DNA of 64,000 nucleotides from Carpediemonas membranifera BICM (taxonomy: Eukaryota; Protista; Fornicata), in contig JAHDYR010000033.1 in assembly GCA_019828565.1 (NCBI GenBank), positions 91,727-155,726 of the forward strand. Direction: 5' to 3'. The position numbers and the translations under genes are program-made. Each line of letters starts with the position of its first letter. Position 1 is the first letter of the stretch. The notes beneath the pieces were generated by a model. That model ran no database searches. It had not been told where the DNA came from and saw nothing but the letters and a program-made list of their open reading frames with translations. This document shows positions 60,786-64,000 of this stretch, piece after piece.

Positions 60786-60795
60786 AGTGATCACT
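60786..60795 (-). promoter_or_regulatory. Palindrome at PBS position of E7: AGTGATCACT
   Basis: Perfect 10-bp palindrome starting at the LTR terminal A. Confidence 0.8.
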
Positions 60796-60855
60796 GTGCC
60801 GGGGCGAAGAGATTGGAACATTTACATAAACTGCGGACGTGGATGCCTTATGACA
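60795..60855 (-). repeat. E7 5' LTR
   Basis: Matches 44684-44744. Confidence 0.95.
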
Positions 60856-62737
60856 CCGGCCGCGTGGATGCGAGCTAACACGTCCTCCAGATTCTTCAGG
60901 AACTCGTCACGGTTCGCTCCAAAGACGACAATGTCATCTATGTAAGCGAGACACTGAGTATAAAGGGATTGACCCAGAATGTGTTCCATGGCTTTCTGGC
61001 AGTGGATGGGAGCATTACGAAGCCCAAAGGGCATCCGCTTATACTGGTATTTCTTCCCACCAGCCACAAAAGCGGTATACTTGCGCGAGTCCTGGTTGAT
61101 TATGATCTGGTGGAACGCTTTGGATAGGTCCAGCGTGGCGTAAAACTGTTGGCCTTGTAGGTGATCAATCAAGTCGTCGATGAGGGGTAGGGGATGCTCC
61201 TCGGCCTGGGTGATAAGGTTCAGCCGTCTAAAGTCGAGGCAGAGGCGAAGCTTGTTGCCTCTCTTCTTTGCCATGACGATGGGGTTATTGAAGGCTGAGT
61301 CCGAAGGCTCGATGACGTCCAGAGCAAGCAGCTCCTTAACCTGGCGATTAACCTCATCTTCCACCTGCTTGCCGTGACGATATGGGAAGCAGTTGATGAC
61401 CTGGTCATTCTTGGTCTTCAGGGAGAATGCTGGGAGCTTGGACGGGCTGGAAATGTCCCCGAATAGGCCTGGGAACTTTTCAACAATCCTTTGGCTGGCT
61501 TCTGCAAACTGCACATATTCTGGGGCTGTTCTCTCGACCTCGTTTTCGAACATCTCGTCGTCGTCGTTCTGGTTTGACGGAGTCGGGTCAGGCGAGGGTA
61601 TCTCGATCAGTCCCGCGCTGCGCAGGAGTGGGAACCCGATGATCGCATCGTAATGGTCGAGTGAGATGAGGATAAACTTTGTGCGTACAGAGAGGGGTCT
61701 ACCTGTCACAGAAGGGTACAGGACAGTATCGTAGGCCACGTGGGAGGTGTTGATTAGTTGGCCTGACATGAGGCGAACCCTGTGGCACTCAGGAATGGGG
61801 GTGAGGCCCAGGGACTTCGCTTTCGCCTCATGGAGGAAGTTGGCGGTGGCACCTGTGTCGTAGAGGGCGCGCACGGAGGATCCGTGCAGTCTGACTTTGA
61901 AGACTGGGCGGTGTTCTGCTTGATCGTCTTCAGGCGTTTCGGCTGACATTGCGTCTAAGTACTCTTCAACCGTAGCAGCGAGGAAATCGTGCGCGTAGGA
62001 CCTATCATTTACGTCCTTCTTCCGCGACTTGTGGGATTCCTTCTCGGCTTGCTGCATCTTCTTGGCTTGGGAGAGAGCGGCGCGCATGGTGTTGGCGATG
62101 GAGGACTTATCCTCAAAGGTCTTACAGCGTTCACGTAAGCGATCATTGCGGATGCCCTTCAGGAATTTGGCTACGAGGCTCGACTGCTTCGGGGGTACAG
62201 AGGCGCAGTTTTCGAGTGTCCGCTGGTAGATTAACGTGTAGTAGAGCATGGACTCATAAACGTTCTTGCTGGCGGTGTCAAAGGTAATCGAGTCAAATCG
62301 GTCGAGCGCGTCCTGACGGTCGAGGGGTCCGAAGATGTCGTTCACCATTGAGATAAATCTTTTGTTGAAGTCGTTAGGGGTCTCGGGTGTGTGAACGGGT
62401 AGATGCTCGGACTCGTCGGAGACCGAACTATCAGTGTCAGACTCGGTGTCGTCATCAGTGTCAGACTCAGGGGCGCGAGGAACAGAAGGGGGTCCCTAGG
62501 CGCAGCGCGGGGTTGCTGTGTGACCTCACGGGCACGAGTAATAAGGTCTTCGAGGTCCGGGCATTCGAGGAACATGATCTTCAAAACCGTCGCTGCGACG
62601 TAATCGAAGATCAGAGGCTTGGAAGCGGCGTTTCGTGCGTAATGGGCAATGAAGGCTTCCCGGAATGAATACCATGCCTTAGGCTTCGTACTAGTGAGAT
62701 AGGGTGCCAGGAAAGTTGATAGTTGTTCTACGTTCAT
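60856..62737 (-). CDS. gag-pol: E6 gag-PR-RT (frameshift ~62350-62500)
   Basis: YDTGA, CLDFRRLN, PFGL, YIDD. Confidence 0.9.
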
Positions 62738-62743
62738 CTAGAT

Positions 62744-62755
62744 AGTAATATTACT
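62744..62755 (-). promoter_or_regulatory. Palindrome at PBS position of E6: AGTAATATTACT
   Basis: Perfect 12-bp palindrome starting at the LTR terminal A. Confidence 0.85.
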
Positions 62756-62858
62756 GTGGTGGGCACAGAACAACAACAATCAATGCGAAGTGTTTAAATA
62801 GGGTCGAACCCTAGTGGTAAATATGGCCTAAATATATACGGGTCAGGTGACCACTACA
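62755..62858 (-). repeat. E6 5' LTR
   Basis: Matches 42158-42261. Confidence 0.95.
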
Positions 62859-64000
62859 CGAATACGACTTCACGGTCCGTCACATCGCCGGAGTCAACAA
62901 CGAGGTGGCCGATTGCCTTTCCAGATGCCTGACAATTCGCTCACAGCGCGTGGCATCCCCGGTGGACATTACCGACCAGGTACGGCAGCTTTTTGGCAAG
63001 TGCCACAACGCCCGTGTTGGACACATGGGCACCCGCATCACGACGGATCGGATCGCCGCCCAGCTACCTTCGTTTGCCCGCAAGGCGATCGAGAAACACG
63101 TCAAGCCCCTAGTCCGTACATGCCCGGTGTGCCAGCTCACGCGACAGCGCCAAGGTCAGTGTAGACCTCCCTCGCCAGCCCACAATGGCACCGTACCCCA
63201 TGCACACCTGGGCCGTGGACTTTATTGGCCCGTTCCCGGAAGAACACGGTTTCCGTCACATCCTAGCCGCCGTTGACTGCTTCTCCCGGTTCGTGGAGCT
63301 AGTTCCCACGCCCGATTGCACCGCGCAGTCAGCGGTCACGGCCATCATGCAACTGGTGGGCCGCTACGGATGCCCGGCACACATTCGCTCTGATCAGGGC
63401 CCCACTTTACCGCCCACCTGTTTGCTCAGCTCGCGCATCCTGAACATTCAGCACGACTTTACGCTCCCGTACCATCACCAGTATAACGGCATCATCGAGC
63501 GCCGCAACAAGGAAGTGAACCGCCACCTCCGCGCCGCCATGAACGAGCTGACCGATGATTTAGCCGACTGGGTTGCCTGTCTCCCGCTTGTACAGCGCAC
63601 TCTGAACTGCACGCCGTGCAGCCACCGGCAACATACCCCGGCCAACATCATGTTCGGTAACCTCACCGACACGGACCGAGTACTGCTACACAACCCGGTG
63701 GAGGGGTGGGCGACGTCGCATTGTACTACGACAACCTGCTTGAGGCACAGAGACAGCTTGTCAAGGCCGTGCCAGTTCCTAAGCCACGTCCGGTCACCCA
63801 GACCACTTTCACTGTCGGCCAAGCTGTTGTGGTCACCAGGCCCGACAATGCCCGTGGCCCTCTCGTCTGAGCCCCATCTATATGGGCCCCTACACCGTAG
63901 CCTCCCTCGACGGCACACTCGCCACCCTCACGAATCTTCGAACTCGTGCCGAAGAGACGTATGATCTCCGCCGCCTCGTTCCCTTCCTCGGCGACTACAC
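62859..64000 (+). CDS. pol: E5 RNase H end and integrase (frameshifted, 3'-partial)
   Basis: H..GH..CPVC, VDFIGP, SDQG, NGIIERRN, YGP. Confidence 0.88.

Larger units (their letters stand above)
44684..60855 (-). mobile_element. Ty3/Gypsy chromovirus E7, 61-bp LTRs, internal RT deletion, contains the DNA transposon
   Basis: LTRs 44684-44744 and 60795-60855 (1 mismatch); 23-bp flanking duplication; PPT AAGGGGGGTAGGA. Confidence 0.93.
42158..62858 (-). mobile_element. Ty3/Gypsy chromovirus E6, full length, 104-bp LTRs, contains E7
   Basis: LTRs 42158-42261 and 62755-62858 (1 mismatch); TSD CGAAT; PPT GGGGGCAG. Confidence 0.95.
39601..64000 (+). mobile_element. Ty3/Gypsy E5 (inferred 5' LTR 39601-39719), contains E6, runs off the window
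   Basis: ORF 39733..42157 resumes at 62859 (LSEYDFTVRHIAG in frame); integrase 62905-64000. Confidence 0.9.

Overview
Eukaryotic, apparently intron-poor DNA, probably from a flagellated protist (inference). One host gene (CatSper2-like channel, 5'-partial) is followed by a ~62 kb nest of transposable elements. The nest holds two APE-type non-LTR retrotransposons (LINE-A, LINE-B) joined head to head, seven distinct Ty3/Gypsy elements (E1-E7; chromodomain visible in the five whose integrase end is present), a complete 12.1 kb TIR DNA transposon with cargo genes (SET, PHD-like, caspase/CHAT-like), and a related, rearranged cargo block at ~14-27 kb. Main result: all seven Gypsy elements have very short LTRs (53-125 bp) and no tRNA primer-binding site. 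Each instead carries a different perfect 10-14 bp palindrome starting exactly on the terminal A of the 5' LTR, which suggests tRNA-independent priming different from Tf1 self-priming. Other notable points are a Maelstrom/arenavirus-NP-like nuclease motif in LINE ORF1, a conserved four-stem RNA between LINE ORF1 and ORF2, and a 23-bp target duplication. Many frameshifts may be sequencing or assembly indels. All protein calls are from motif recognition by eye; no searches were run.
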